From: Schizochytrium sp. TIO01
Lineage: Eukaryota; Protista; Bigyra: Labyrinthulomycetes
Direction: 5' to 3'
Length of the DNA stretch: 64,000 nucleotides
Assembly: GCA_004764695.1 (NCBI GenBank)
Contig: SMSO01000032.1
Span: 7,100,483 to 7,164,482, forward strand
Shown here: positions 35,157 to 43,836 of the stretch, piece by piece
Layout: each line of letters starts with the position of its first letter
How positions within the stretch are numbered: position 1 is the stretch's first letter
Translations under genes and position numbers: made by a program
The notes under the pieces: model-generated
Databases searched by the model: none
Told to the model about the DNA's origin: nothing
Seen by the model: only the letters and a program-made list of their open reading frames with translations

Positions 35157-36764
35157 ATGCTCGGTCGAGCTCGAGTCAAAGCTCGTGCTGCTAAGTCAGC
35201 AAAGAATACAAAGCCTACAGCAGACAAGAATGCTGATGAAGCGATCGCGGAGACTACGCCAGAAGTTACACGAATGGAGAACCAGAGCAAACCAAGCAAA
35301 GATTCCACGCCCTTGGAGAACTCACGCAGCGTTCATGATGACCGAAGCATTCAGAGCCACGGTCTACTTGAGGACAATCTTCAACATTCGGAAAGTAAAA
35401 ACGATACAGCGGACCATGGCGAAACTGAGCATGGGTTGTTAAGTAACCAGGATGCCCCGGAAAGCGGCGGTGAAGATGATCTTTCTGAAGGGGAAGGGTC
35501 TCTCTCAGATTCAGATTCAGACGACGAGGATCTTGAAATCCCTAAAGATGAGCAAGAAGACGCTAGAGCCAAAGTAGCGGCAGCAGCAGCTGCTACAAAG
35601 GCTGCTGCAGAAGCAGAAATGAAAAAAAGGTTGGCTGACGTAAAGAGCCATCGTCGAAAAGCAAAACTTGCTGCCCAAAGAGCTAAAGAACAGGGAAAGG
35701 TTCTTCTGTCGAGTGCAGCACAGAAGCTCGTAAAGAAGTTTGAAATTCCGCCTCCCAAAGCTCGCACCTATAAGATTCTGTTTGGAGATGAAGAATGGAC
35801 CTACATTGGAGAATGGCGAAAGGGCGTTCCTCATGGCAAAGGTACAGCAACGTCTCCAGATGGAGAACAATATTCAGGCGACTGGCAAGAGGGAATTCGA
35901 CACGGGAGGGGGAAATATGCATGGGTTGATGGCAATACATACGAGGGTGATTGGCATGATGGTGATTTCATGGGTGAGGGCAAATACAATTGGCAAAATG
36001 GAGACTGCTATGAAGGAAGTTGGGTCAATGGGATCAGGCATGGTCATGGCACATTTTCATGGAACAATGGAGATGTGTACACTGGTGATTGGGTGAATGG
36101 AATTCGTCATGGCAAAGGCAAAATTCGTTGGTCTTCTGGTGCGAAATACTCCGGTGAATGGAAATTCGGGCGTCCAGATGGCCTCGGCAAGAAACGATGG
36201 GAAAATGGATCAAAGTACATTGGGATGTGGAAAAATGGAATGCAAAATGGATACGGAGTCAAATTGCACGAAGGCTCACGCCACGAAGGAAACTGGGTTG
36301 ATGGCCGAGCTGATGGGTATGGAATTAAGACATGGAGTGACGGAACTGTGTATGAGGGACGCTGGATGAAAGGTCTGCATTCTGGACACGGAATTAAAAA
36401 ATTTGAGAATGGAAGCAAATATGACGGAGAGTGGTTTGCGGGTACGCCGCATGGTCGAGGAATGCTTTTTTGGCAAGACGGCCGCTGCTATGACATGGAG
36501 TTTGAGCACGGCAAGTATAAATCTCTAGTGAAATCTTATGACAAACATGGGCAGTATGCAAATGACTGTCTTGCAGAAGTTGTTCAGTATTGCGAGTGTG
36601 TAAAACGTGCTCTGAAACGAAGACTCAAAGTAGATAATAACATGTTTTCTGCTTTGAATTACCCTTATGTAGAAATGAGAATGCCCCAAAAGGCCTTGTT
36701 TGTAGGCCGCGAAAACTTACGTGGGGTTCACGGAGCCCCTCCTATAAAAGCAGTTTATGATTAA
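35157..36764 (+). CDS. MORN-repeat protein with acidic/charged N-terminus
   Basis: About ten tandem 23-aa YxGxWxxGxxHGxG units (YIGEWRKGVPHGKG, YSGDWQEGIRHGRG, YEGSWVNGIRHGHG...) at ~35800-36510. Confidence 0.93.
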   Translation: MLGRARVKARAAKSAKNTKPTADKNADEAIAETTPEVTRMENQSKPSKDSTPLENSRSVHDDRSIQSHGLLEDNLQHSESKNDTADHGETEHGLLSNQDAPESGGEDDLSEGEGSLSDSDSDDEDLEIPKDEQEDARAKVAAAAAATKAAAEAEMKKRLADVKSHRRKAKLAAQRAKEQGKVLLSSAAQKLVKKFEIPPPKARTYKILFGDEEWTYIGEWRKGVPHGKGTATSPDGEQYSGDWQEGIRHGRGKYAWVDGNTYEGDWHDGDFMGEGKYNWQNGDCYEGSWVNGIRHGHGTFSWNNGDVYTGDWVNGIRHGKGKIRWSSGAKYSGEWKFGRPDGLGKKRWENGSKYIGMWKNGMQNGYGVKLHEGSRHEGNWVDGRADGYGIKTWSDGTVYEGRWMKGLHSGHGIKKFENGSKYDGEWFAGTPHGRGMLFWQDGRCYDMEFEHGKYKSLVKSYDKHGQYANDCLAEVVQYCECVKRALKRRLKVDNNMFSALNYPYVEMRMPQKALFVGRENLRGVHGAPPIKAVYD

Positions 36765-37087
36765 ATTAGCTCCACTTACAGGATTGATTTATTAGCTCTA
36801 AAAGAATAGCAGATTATATTTGAGATTGAACCAAAAAACAAACGCAGATAAGGCATTACTATTTTGGGATAAGAGAACGCCTAAAAACATCATCAGGTCG
36901 GCTTACTTACAACCAGCTAGCTATACTCCAAGATTTCAGGTTTTGATATTAAGCCTCCTCTCTCAACAACCTCATAATTCATCACAAGAGAGATTGTCTT
37001 GACTTATCGAAAAAGAGGGCGGGGTTTTGCAAATTGGTTTTTGTATTTACTAAATCGTATTTGTAGAAGTTGTAGTAGTAGTCTAAT

Positions 37088-40000
37088 TTAACGCCATCTC
37101 TCGTTGTCGGCACCACCGGTACGACCGAAGGCACGCTCGCTTCCACGGTCGCCACCGCCAAAGCCACCACGGCCACCGCCACGCTCGCTTCCGCCAAAGC
37201 CACCACGGCCACCGCCAAATCCACGCTCGCCACGGGGCTCACCACGGGGCTCGCCACGAGATTCACCTCCTTCAAAGCGGTCCTGGTTGTAGTTGGAGCG
37301 TCCTCCTCCAAAAGCAGAACTTCCGGGGCGGTCTCCACCAAATCCGCCACGACCACCGCGGCCACCACCAAATCCAGAACGTTCTCCACGCTGCTCTCCG
37401 CCCTCAAATGGCTGGCGCTCTCCACGAGGTTCACCGCGGTTGCCGCCGAATCCGCCACGGCCACCTCCAAATGCAGAGCGTTCACCGCGGTCTCCGCCAC
37501 GCTCACCGAAGGGACTGGGACGCTCACCGCGGTCTCCACCACGCTCACCAAAGGGACTGGGACGCTCACCGCGGTCTCCACCACGCTCACCAAAGGGGCT
37601 GGGGCGGTCTCCGCTGCGATCAAATCCGCGGCGTTCTCCACCAAAGGATCCATCACCACGAGCTTGGGCCATGCCGAAGCGGCCTCCTTCCTCTTCGTAG
37701 CGCACGGGGGCACGGTCAGAAGGTCCGTCCATCATACCACGCGAGGGCGGCATTTCCTCCTCGTACTGCTCGCGCTCGGCACGTTCGCGCTCTTCGCGCT
37801 CCTGTTCGAGGCGAAGGCGCTCCTGCTCTGCCTCCTTCTTCTGACGTTCGCGCTCTACACGCTCTGCCTCTGCCTTGCGCATCTCGATCTCCTTGGAGGC
37901 CTTTGCGCGAGCCTTGCGGGCACGGTCGAGCTTGGCAAGTTTGAGGCGGCGGTCGCACTCGAGCCAGCGCTCCTGGCGGTCTGCCTCGTACTCCTCGGTC
38001 CAGCGAGACATGAGTGTGTCTTCGAAGCTCTCGCGAGCGCTCTGCATGTGCGCGAACTTCTGTTTGTTCTCGAGGTTCTGCTTGTGCTCCTCGAGGCTCT
38101 TGGACTTGAGTGCTGCGAAGCCCTTCTTGTGGTCCTCCTCGTCCTTGACGAGCTGCTCCTCGTAAAGTTCCTTGAGCTTGGGGATCTCCTTCTCGCGAAG
38201 AGCCCTGACGCGGGTATCGAGGCGCTTGGCGGCTGCAATAAGCTTCTTCTCTGTCTCAATAGACTCGTCGAGGACCTTCTTGCGAGTTTCCTCGATGAGC
38301 TTCTCCTGCTCCTCGACAGTCATGCTGTTGTCGAGCTTGCTGACGTCCACACCCTCCTCGAGGAGTCTCTGCTTGAGCTCGAACTGTCTCTTCTCCTCCT
38401 CGAGAGCGTCCATCTCCTTCTTGGCGCGGGCCTCCTTGTGCTTCTGGAGACGCATGGCCTCGGCCTTCTTGCGAGCAAGTTCGGCTTCCTTGCGGCGGCG
38501 CTCCATCTCGATCTTGCGGGCGTGCTGCTCACGGTCGTGCTCCTCCTTGCGCTTGGAAATGATATCGCGTCTGCGGAGAACCTCCTGGTGTGTCTGGGAA
38601 AGGTGCTGAAGCACGGTCTTGGCGCGGGTGGCGCGAGCCTCGGCGTGAAGCTTGGCCTTGCCCTTGGGCTCAAGCTCAACGCAGATGGATTGGAGGCCAC
38701 GAGCCATGTCTGTGAGAACCCACTGGGTACGCTGTTCCTCCATGATGTCCTCTCCAAAGCGGATGCATCCTGCAGTGTGGTCGAGGGTGAGGGAGTGGGC
38801 CTCGATCTGGCGTGTCTTGATGGCCTTAATAAGGTAGGACTCAATCTCAATCCAGGGCTTTCCGAGCGGGCTCATCATCTTCTGGAGGTGCTCGAGACGC
38901 ACAGTGTAGTAGACCTGGGCGAGCTGCGAGATAACACGGACAATGAGAAGCTTCTCGAGGGGCTGGACGTAGTGCTGAAGACGCTCGTCGGCCTTGAACT
39001 TCTCGAGGATGGGGGCAACCTGGGAAACAAGCTTAAGGGGTGCGAAGCAGCGCTCGAGCTGGAGGAAGACCTCACGGGCCTCAGGGGTGACGAGCTCGAG
39101 GATGTCGTTGTCAACGAGCTCCTTCATGAGGGTCTCGCGGTCAGCACCGGTCTCGAAGCCAACAAGGCGCGCGAGCTTGGAGTTCTTCTGCTTCTCGACG
39201 CTCTTGGAGCCGTATGTGGTGCCGGCCTTGGCGGTCTTAAGAGGGATGCTCATGGCAGCAAGGAGCACACAGCTAGCCATGTTGGCACTCTCCTCGGGAG
39301 TAAGGCTCTTGTTCTTCTCCACAGAGAGCAGGAAGTACTCGCGGTACGCATATGCGTGGAAGAGGTAGTTCTCAGCAACGAGGAAGAGGTCAGTGAGCTT
39401 CTGGTAATAAGTAGCGTAAAGCTGGCTCGAGACAACCTCGGTGTTCTCAAGGATCGTGTGAAGGTCCTCGATAGTACGGAATCCCTCATTCCAGAGCTTG
39501 AGCTGGGATGCAACCTTGAGCTGCTCGAAGCGAGTGGCGAGCTGAAGCTCCAGGGTCTCAGGAGGGAAGTCATCACGCTGCTGAGACTTGTAAGTGTGGT
39601 TGCGCATAGTGTCACAAAGCTTGCGGAACTCAACCTTGCGTCCATACTCCGTGCAGAACTTCATAGTGCGAAGAGCGGTGCTGTGGTAGACGTGCGAAAG
39701 CTTGTGGTTGGTGCGCAGGATCTCAAGCACCGAACGGTAAGACTCCCACATGAAACGCAGCCATGGGACAAGCACCTCACGCTCCGTGCGCTCCTTGCTC
39801 TGCTCGCTGCTCACAGACTCCAGGAGAATGCTCTCCGGTGTCTTGTCGTTCTCGAGGTCCTCAACCTCATCCACAGCGCGGCGATCGCACACAGCGGACA
39901 TCTCCTTCACGCGAGTCTCAGCAAGGTTGAGCATGTACTCAATTACGGTCTCGAGAGACTGCGGCGCCTGGTGCTGACACAGGTTGCGGTACTGGTGAAG

Positions 40001-40210
40001 ACCCTCCTTAGCCATGAAGTTGTTGCGGGCGTCCACACAGAGGTCCATGAAGCGCTCCATCACCTGCACGTGCGAAGGCTGCCATTGTCTGAAGCGACGC
40101 TGCGAGAGCAACTCATAGAGCACCTCAAGGGCCTGCTTCTTCTTGCCAACGGCGATGAACTCATCGGCACGCTTCAAGACGTTCTCAGGCTTCACGACAA
40201 ACCAGTTCAT
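37088..40210 (-). CDS. EIF3A: eukaryotic translation initiation factor 3 subunit A
   Basis: KPENVLKRADEFIAVGKKKQAL, AKEGLHQYRN, LVPWLRFMWESYRSVLEILRTN, RKVEFRKLCD, TRFEQL..A..LKLWNEGFRTIED. Followed by a PCI region, a charged helix and an RG-rich tail. Confidence 0.97.
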   Translation of the reverse strand: MNWFVVKPENVLKRADEFIAVGKKKQALEVLYELLSQRRFRQWQPSHVQVMERFMDLCVDARNNFMAKEGLHQYRNLCQHQAPQSLETVIEYMLNLAETRVKEMSAVCDRRAVDEVEDLENDKTPESILLESVSSEQSKERTEREVLVPWLRFMWESYRSVLEILRTNHKLSHVYHSTALRTMKFCTEYGRKVEFRKLCDTMRNHTYKSQQRDDFPPETLELQLATRFEQLKVASQLKLWNEGFRTIEDLHTILENTEVVSSQLYATYYQKLTDLFLVAENYLFHAYAYREYFLLSVEKNKSLTPEESANMASCVLLAAMSIPLKTAKAGTTYGSKSVEKQKNSKLARLVGFETGADRETLMKELVDNDILELVTPEAREVFLQLERCFAPLKLVSQVAPILEKFKADERLQHYVQPLEKLLIVRVISQLAQVYYTVRLEHLQKMMSPLGKPWIEIESYLIKAIKTRQIEAHSLTLDHTAGCIRFGEDIMEEQRTQWVLTDMARGLQSICVELEPKGKAKLHAEARATRAKTVLQHLSQTHQEVLRRRDIISKRKEEHDREQHARKIEMERRRKEAELARKKAEAMRLQKHKEARAKKEMDALEEEKRQFELKQRLLEEGVDVSKLDNSMTVEEQEKLIEETRKKVLDESIETEKKLIAAAKRLDTRVRALREKEIPKLKELYEEQLVKDEEDHKKGFAALKSKSLEEHKQNLENKQKFAHMQSARESFEDTLMSRWTEEYEADRQERWLECDRRLKLAKLDRARKARAKASKEIEMRKAEAERVERERQKKEAEQERLRLEQEREERERAEREQYEEEMPPSRGMMDGPSDRAPVRYEEEGGRFGMAQARGDGSFGGERRGFDRSGDRPSPFGERGGDRGERPSPFGERGGDRGERPSPFGERGGDRGERSAFGGGRGGFGGNRGEPRGERQPFEGGEQRGERSGFGGGRGGRGGFGGDRPGSSAFGGGRSNYNQDRFEGGESRGEPRGEPRGERGFGGGRGGFGGSERGGGRGGFGGGDRGSERAFGRTGGADNERWR
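37482..37610 (-). repeat. three 42-bp tandem repeats encoding GERPSPFGERGGDR in the eIF3a tail
   Basis: Repeated unit tcaccgcggtctcc(g/a)ccacgctcacc(g/a)aaggg(a/g)ctggg. Confidence 0.9.
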
Positions 40211-40499
40211 CTTGTAAGAGTGTTTTGGTCTGCGAAAAGATCGGCAAACTTAGATATATGCGCTTTCTGCTGTTCGAGAGCAAGAAAGCAAGGGATCTCG
40301 GCCGATGAAGAGCCAAAGATCGAGAATCTAGCACGTCCGAAGCGGAAGAGGCGCTGGACGAGAAAGCGAAAGGGCGCGCGAGGAACCGCCTCGCCAAAGT
40401 ACAATACGGGTTGCGCCGAGAGTAGCGCGCGCGAGCCTCGATCCTCGAGGGTCGCTGCTGATGGTTTTGTCGCCTGGCCACGTATACAGCTAGCTAATT

Positions 40500-40640
40500 T
40501 CTATTCACCTATTCTCTACAACTGACTCCACTGTGCCCTAAACTGTACTATTCTATACTTCACTATCCTATACTCGACTATTTTCTCTATACTCTACTTT
40601 GCTATTCAACCACCTAAATCTATCTATCTTCCCTACCATA
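40500..40640. repeat. degenerate period-5 (CTATN) G-poor tract in the eIF3a / QE-gene divergent spacer
   Basis: ctattcacctattctctac...actattctatacttcactatcctatactcgactattttctctatactctac. Confidence 0.6.
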
Positions 40641-41207
40641 TCATAAGATACCATAGAGCTTAACATCCCTTTTCGAGTTTCTGCGGCTTCCAGGCCATCG
40701 ATCCTATCTAGTACAAACAGATAAGACACCCTTACCGCCAGCCCGCTACCCTAGCTGCCAGAAAGAATACTCTATTTGTGGGAGGAGGCTATAAGTAGCT
40801 CAAAAGGTCTGGAAAGTAGAGAATGGGGGCCGTACTATAGAGTATAAAGGGCCGCAGCACGTCCTGGTGTTGCAAGTAGAGTATACCTGCCCCGGAAGTA
40901 GGCTATTCAGATGAGTAGAACTCGAAAGTTTCCAAGGAAAGTAAAACAAACGGTCGCATAAACTGAAGCAAACTACAGTTTGTTTCACTTTAGACTTCTG
41001 TTGCACACCCCTTCGTAGGCATCTAACGAACAGACACCGTATATTGAATAGTAATAGCATGAGGAAGAAGATACCTTCCTTAGAGTAGTGTTAGGCGGAG
41101 TCATGATGGCCAAGGTGGCCTTCATCGTGGGCAGCAAGATCGGTATCTTTCTTTGCGATTGCAAACGCTTATAAGGGAGAGACTTGCGACGGAGAGAGCT
41201 TGTAACC

Positions 41208-41348
41208 ATGGGCGGCGAGATGGAGACCAAGGAGCTCGGCGAAAAGGAGGAGCAACTCCACGAGCTTCAAACCTCTTCTGAGCAAGAGCTAGAGCAACAA
41301 GACCAAGAATTGCTTCAAGAAACGGAGCAGGTGCAAGAGCAGGTGCAA

Positions 41349-41379
<31 letters not shown>

Positions 41380-41408
41380 TGCAAGAGCAGGAGCAAGAGC
41401 AGGAGCAA

Positions 41409-41443
<35 letters not shown>

Positions 41444-42956
41444 AGAGCAGGTGCAAGAGCAGGTGCAAGAGCAGGAGCAAGAGCAGGAACAGGAGCAGGA
41501 GCAAGAGCAAGAGCAAGAGCAAGAGCAAGAGCAAGAGCAAGAACCAGAAGAAAAGGAGGTCCTTTTAGAGCAGGGGCAACAAATTCAGAAAGAGGATGTA
41601 GAAGAGCCCAAAGAGAATGCTTTGGAACCTTTTTCTGATGGCGAAATCCACTCTGAACCCGCTGCGCCTTCTATTTCTGAAGTGCCAGTAGTTGCGCCTT
41701 CTGTTCCTGAAGTGCCAGTGGTTGCACCTTCTGTTCCTGAAGTGCCAGTGGTTGCACCTTCCGTTCCCGAAGTGCCAGCAGCTGCGCCTGCAATTCCGGC
41801 CAAGATCAAGGTCGAGGAAGAGCAAGTACAGCCGCCGCCTACCCAAAAATCTGTCTCGAGGTCCCCGTTGCTGAAGCTTGAACTTAAATTTCAAGCTCGC
41901 ATGCCCAATGTAGGTGCCCATCTCGAAAACCTTCGTGAGCATAACGAATCTTGCAAGAGGGAATTTGCTGAAATGCGTGACGCTGCTGTGCGCAAGCATT
42001 TTGAGGACGTTGAAAAGGCGCGCCCTGGGATTGAGGCTGAACTTGAGTCCATGCGCAAGGCTCTTGAAGAGCGCACCAAGAAGACTAGAGAAGCACACTT
42101 GGCACGCGAAAAGAGGTTTCGTGAAGAACGCGTCTCCAACGTGAAGGAATACGTCTCTGGCGAGGATGCTGCGAGCGCCAAGGGCAAAACAAAAGAAGAG
42201 AAGGCCTCACTTCGTGACCAGTACCGTGCTAAATTCAAGGTTGATGCTCTTAAGCGTCGCGAGAAGTATATCTCGGACCTCCGTGAGAAAAAGAAGGCTG
42301 AGTTTGCCGACACCGCAGACACATACGAGAAGGATAAGGCAGCTCGAGGTGGCCGGCCGTATGTGAAAAAGACTCCCGAAGCTCCGGCACGTACTGGACC
42401 TTACGTAGAGGCTGTGAACCCTGTGGTAGCAGAGCGCCGCGCGATGCCTGCTATTGAAGTGCGGGAGAAGATCCGCGTCCACGAGAAGCCAGAACCTACT
42501 ATTGACACTGCCCAGGCCAAAAAAGATGCTCAGAATGCACCGACATTGTACAAGGAACGAATTACCAATGCTAGCAAACACAGCAAATCTCGACAGGCTG
42601 AGCAGAAGTCGAAACGTGAAGAAGAGCTGACCCAGTTTCTCAAGGAAGAGAAGTCTCAAGAGGAGGAGTCTGCTAGTTATGCACTCAAGATTACTGCCTC
42701 TCTGAAAGACAAACTTAACTCAGGTCGTATGGCACGCCAGGGCTTGATGAAGAAGGAGGCGCAGGAGCGCCACCAGAGTATTCAGGACTACTTGGTGCAG
42801 AGCAAACTCATTAAGGAACTTGAGGCACAGGAAAATGCTGCTAAGGCAAAGGAGATTTCCGAGCGCATTCGCAAACGCGATACCACTCGCCGTGCCATGG
42901 ACATGCAGCTTCGCGAGACTCTCTCTTCGAATATTTCAAAGACTTTGAAGGCATGA
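41208..42956 (+). CDS. uncharacterised QE-repeat / PEVPVV-repeat charged coiled-coil protein
   Basis: ORF 41184..42956, first ATG at 41208 (MGGEMETKE). Contains a (QE)n tract, four APSVPEVPVV-like units and a K/E/R-rich helical C-terminal half. Codon usage looks gene-like. Confidence 0.82.
41324..41543 (+). repeat. coding hexanucleotide repeat (GAGCAR)n giving (QE)n
   Basis: gagcag/gagcaa units with interspersed gtgcaa. Confidence 0.95.
41661..41780 (+). repeat. four 30-bp coding minisatellite units (VAPSVPEVPV)
   Basis: Units start at 41661, 41691, 41721 and 41751: g(c/t)tgc(g/a)ccttc.(a/g)tt(t/c)c.gaagtgccag. Confidence 0.93.
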
Positions 42957-43836
42957 TCGCTAAACTATAAATAGCTATGCAAGAAGGAACTACCACTAGA
43001 TATCTCATAAAAAATCAGTAATTTCTTCACGAGCCCTGAAATTCATAACAATTCAATTCCTTTCCTTCCTCTTCATTTTTTTTAATACCCTTGCTCATAC
43101 CTTAAGTACGTTTATCCTTATCTCCAAAGTCCATCTCCGTGACACTCTACGTAGTTGAATTCTCCATAGCCTTTTACTCTTTACATTTATTCTTAATACA
43201 TTATGCATGACGTTCACAATCGTCTCTTCCTGTCTTTATCTTTCAAGCCGGGACCCCTGTCACAAGTCCCTCATATAGGCCCTTTATTGAGTGTTCTTTT
43301 GAGACAGAAGTGGCCCACTTTGTCTGGCTGGTAAGAAGTCTCACTCGACTTATTTTTTGCTCTTCCTGCAGAGGAGATGCCTGCTACTGATGCCTGTAAA
43401 TTGAGATTTCGGATTCGTGTCATTGCCGATTTAAAATGATCATTTCACAAGGTCGCAGCAAATAAAGAGATCCCGATCCACCTTGAGGAGTCAGAATCAC
43501 CTAGTAGTTCCTTTCCACTCATTTGGTTCATTTGTGATAGAACTGCCTACTACTCTCTAGTTCTATCAAATGGACCATTAAAGAACGAAATAAGAACAGC
43601 ATACTAATATACGTTCTGTCTGACTGGTGGTGCTCCGCCTTAGCGCCCTTGTTTTTCGCCTTGAAAACAGTCTCTGGAGTCCTCCAAACAAAGTCTCCGC
43701 ATCGCACGCTCGCCGCGCTTTGCGTACGAGCGAAGTGGAGCACCAATAGGTAACGGCCTGCTCACCTCGCTTGTCTTTCCTTTCTCCTGGATCTTGTGAG
43801 CGTCTGGTTGGTTGCTTGCCTGCATCCCGAGGCGCC

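Noticed and set aside
36982-37713. 243-aa minus ORF with VSVVETAVSVPVP repeats
   Set aside because: Alternative frame of the eIF3a RG-rich repeat tail.
37664-40525. 953-aa Leu-rich + strand ORF
   Set aside because: Codon-aligned antisense shadow of eIF3a with a non-ATG start. The Leu runs mirror GAG/AAG/CAG codons.
41661-41780. 30-bp repeats as a CRISPR-like array
   Set aside because: Head-to-tail units without spacers, in frame within a CDS, in a eukaryotic context with no cas genes.
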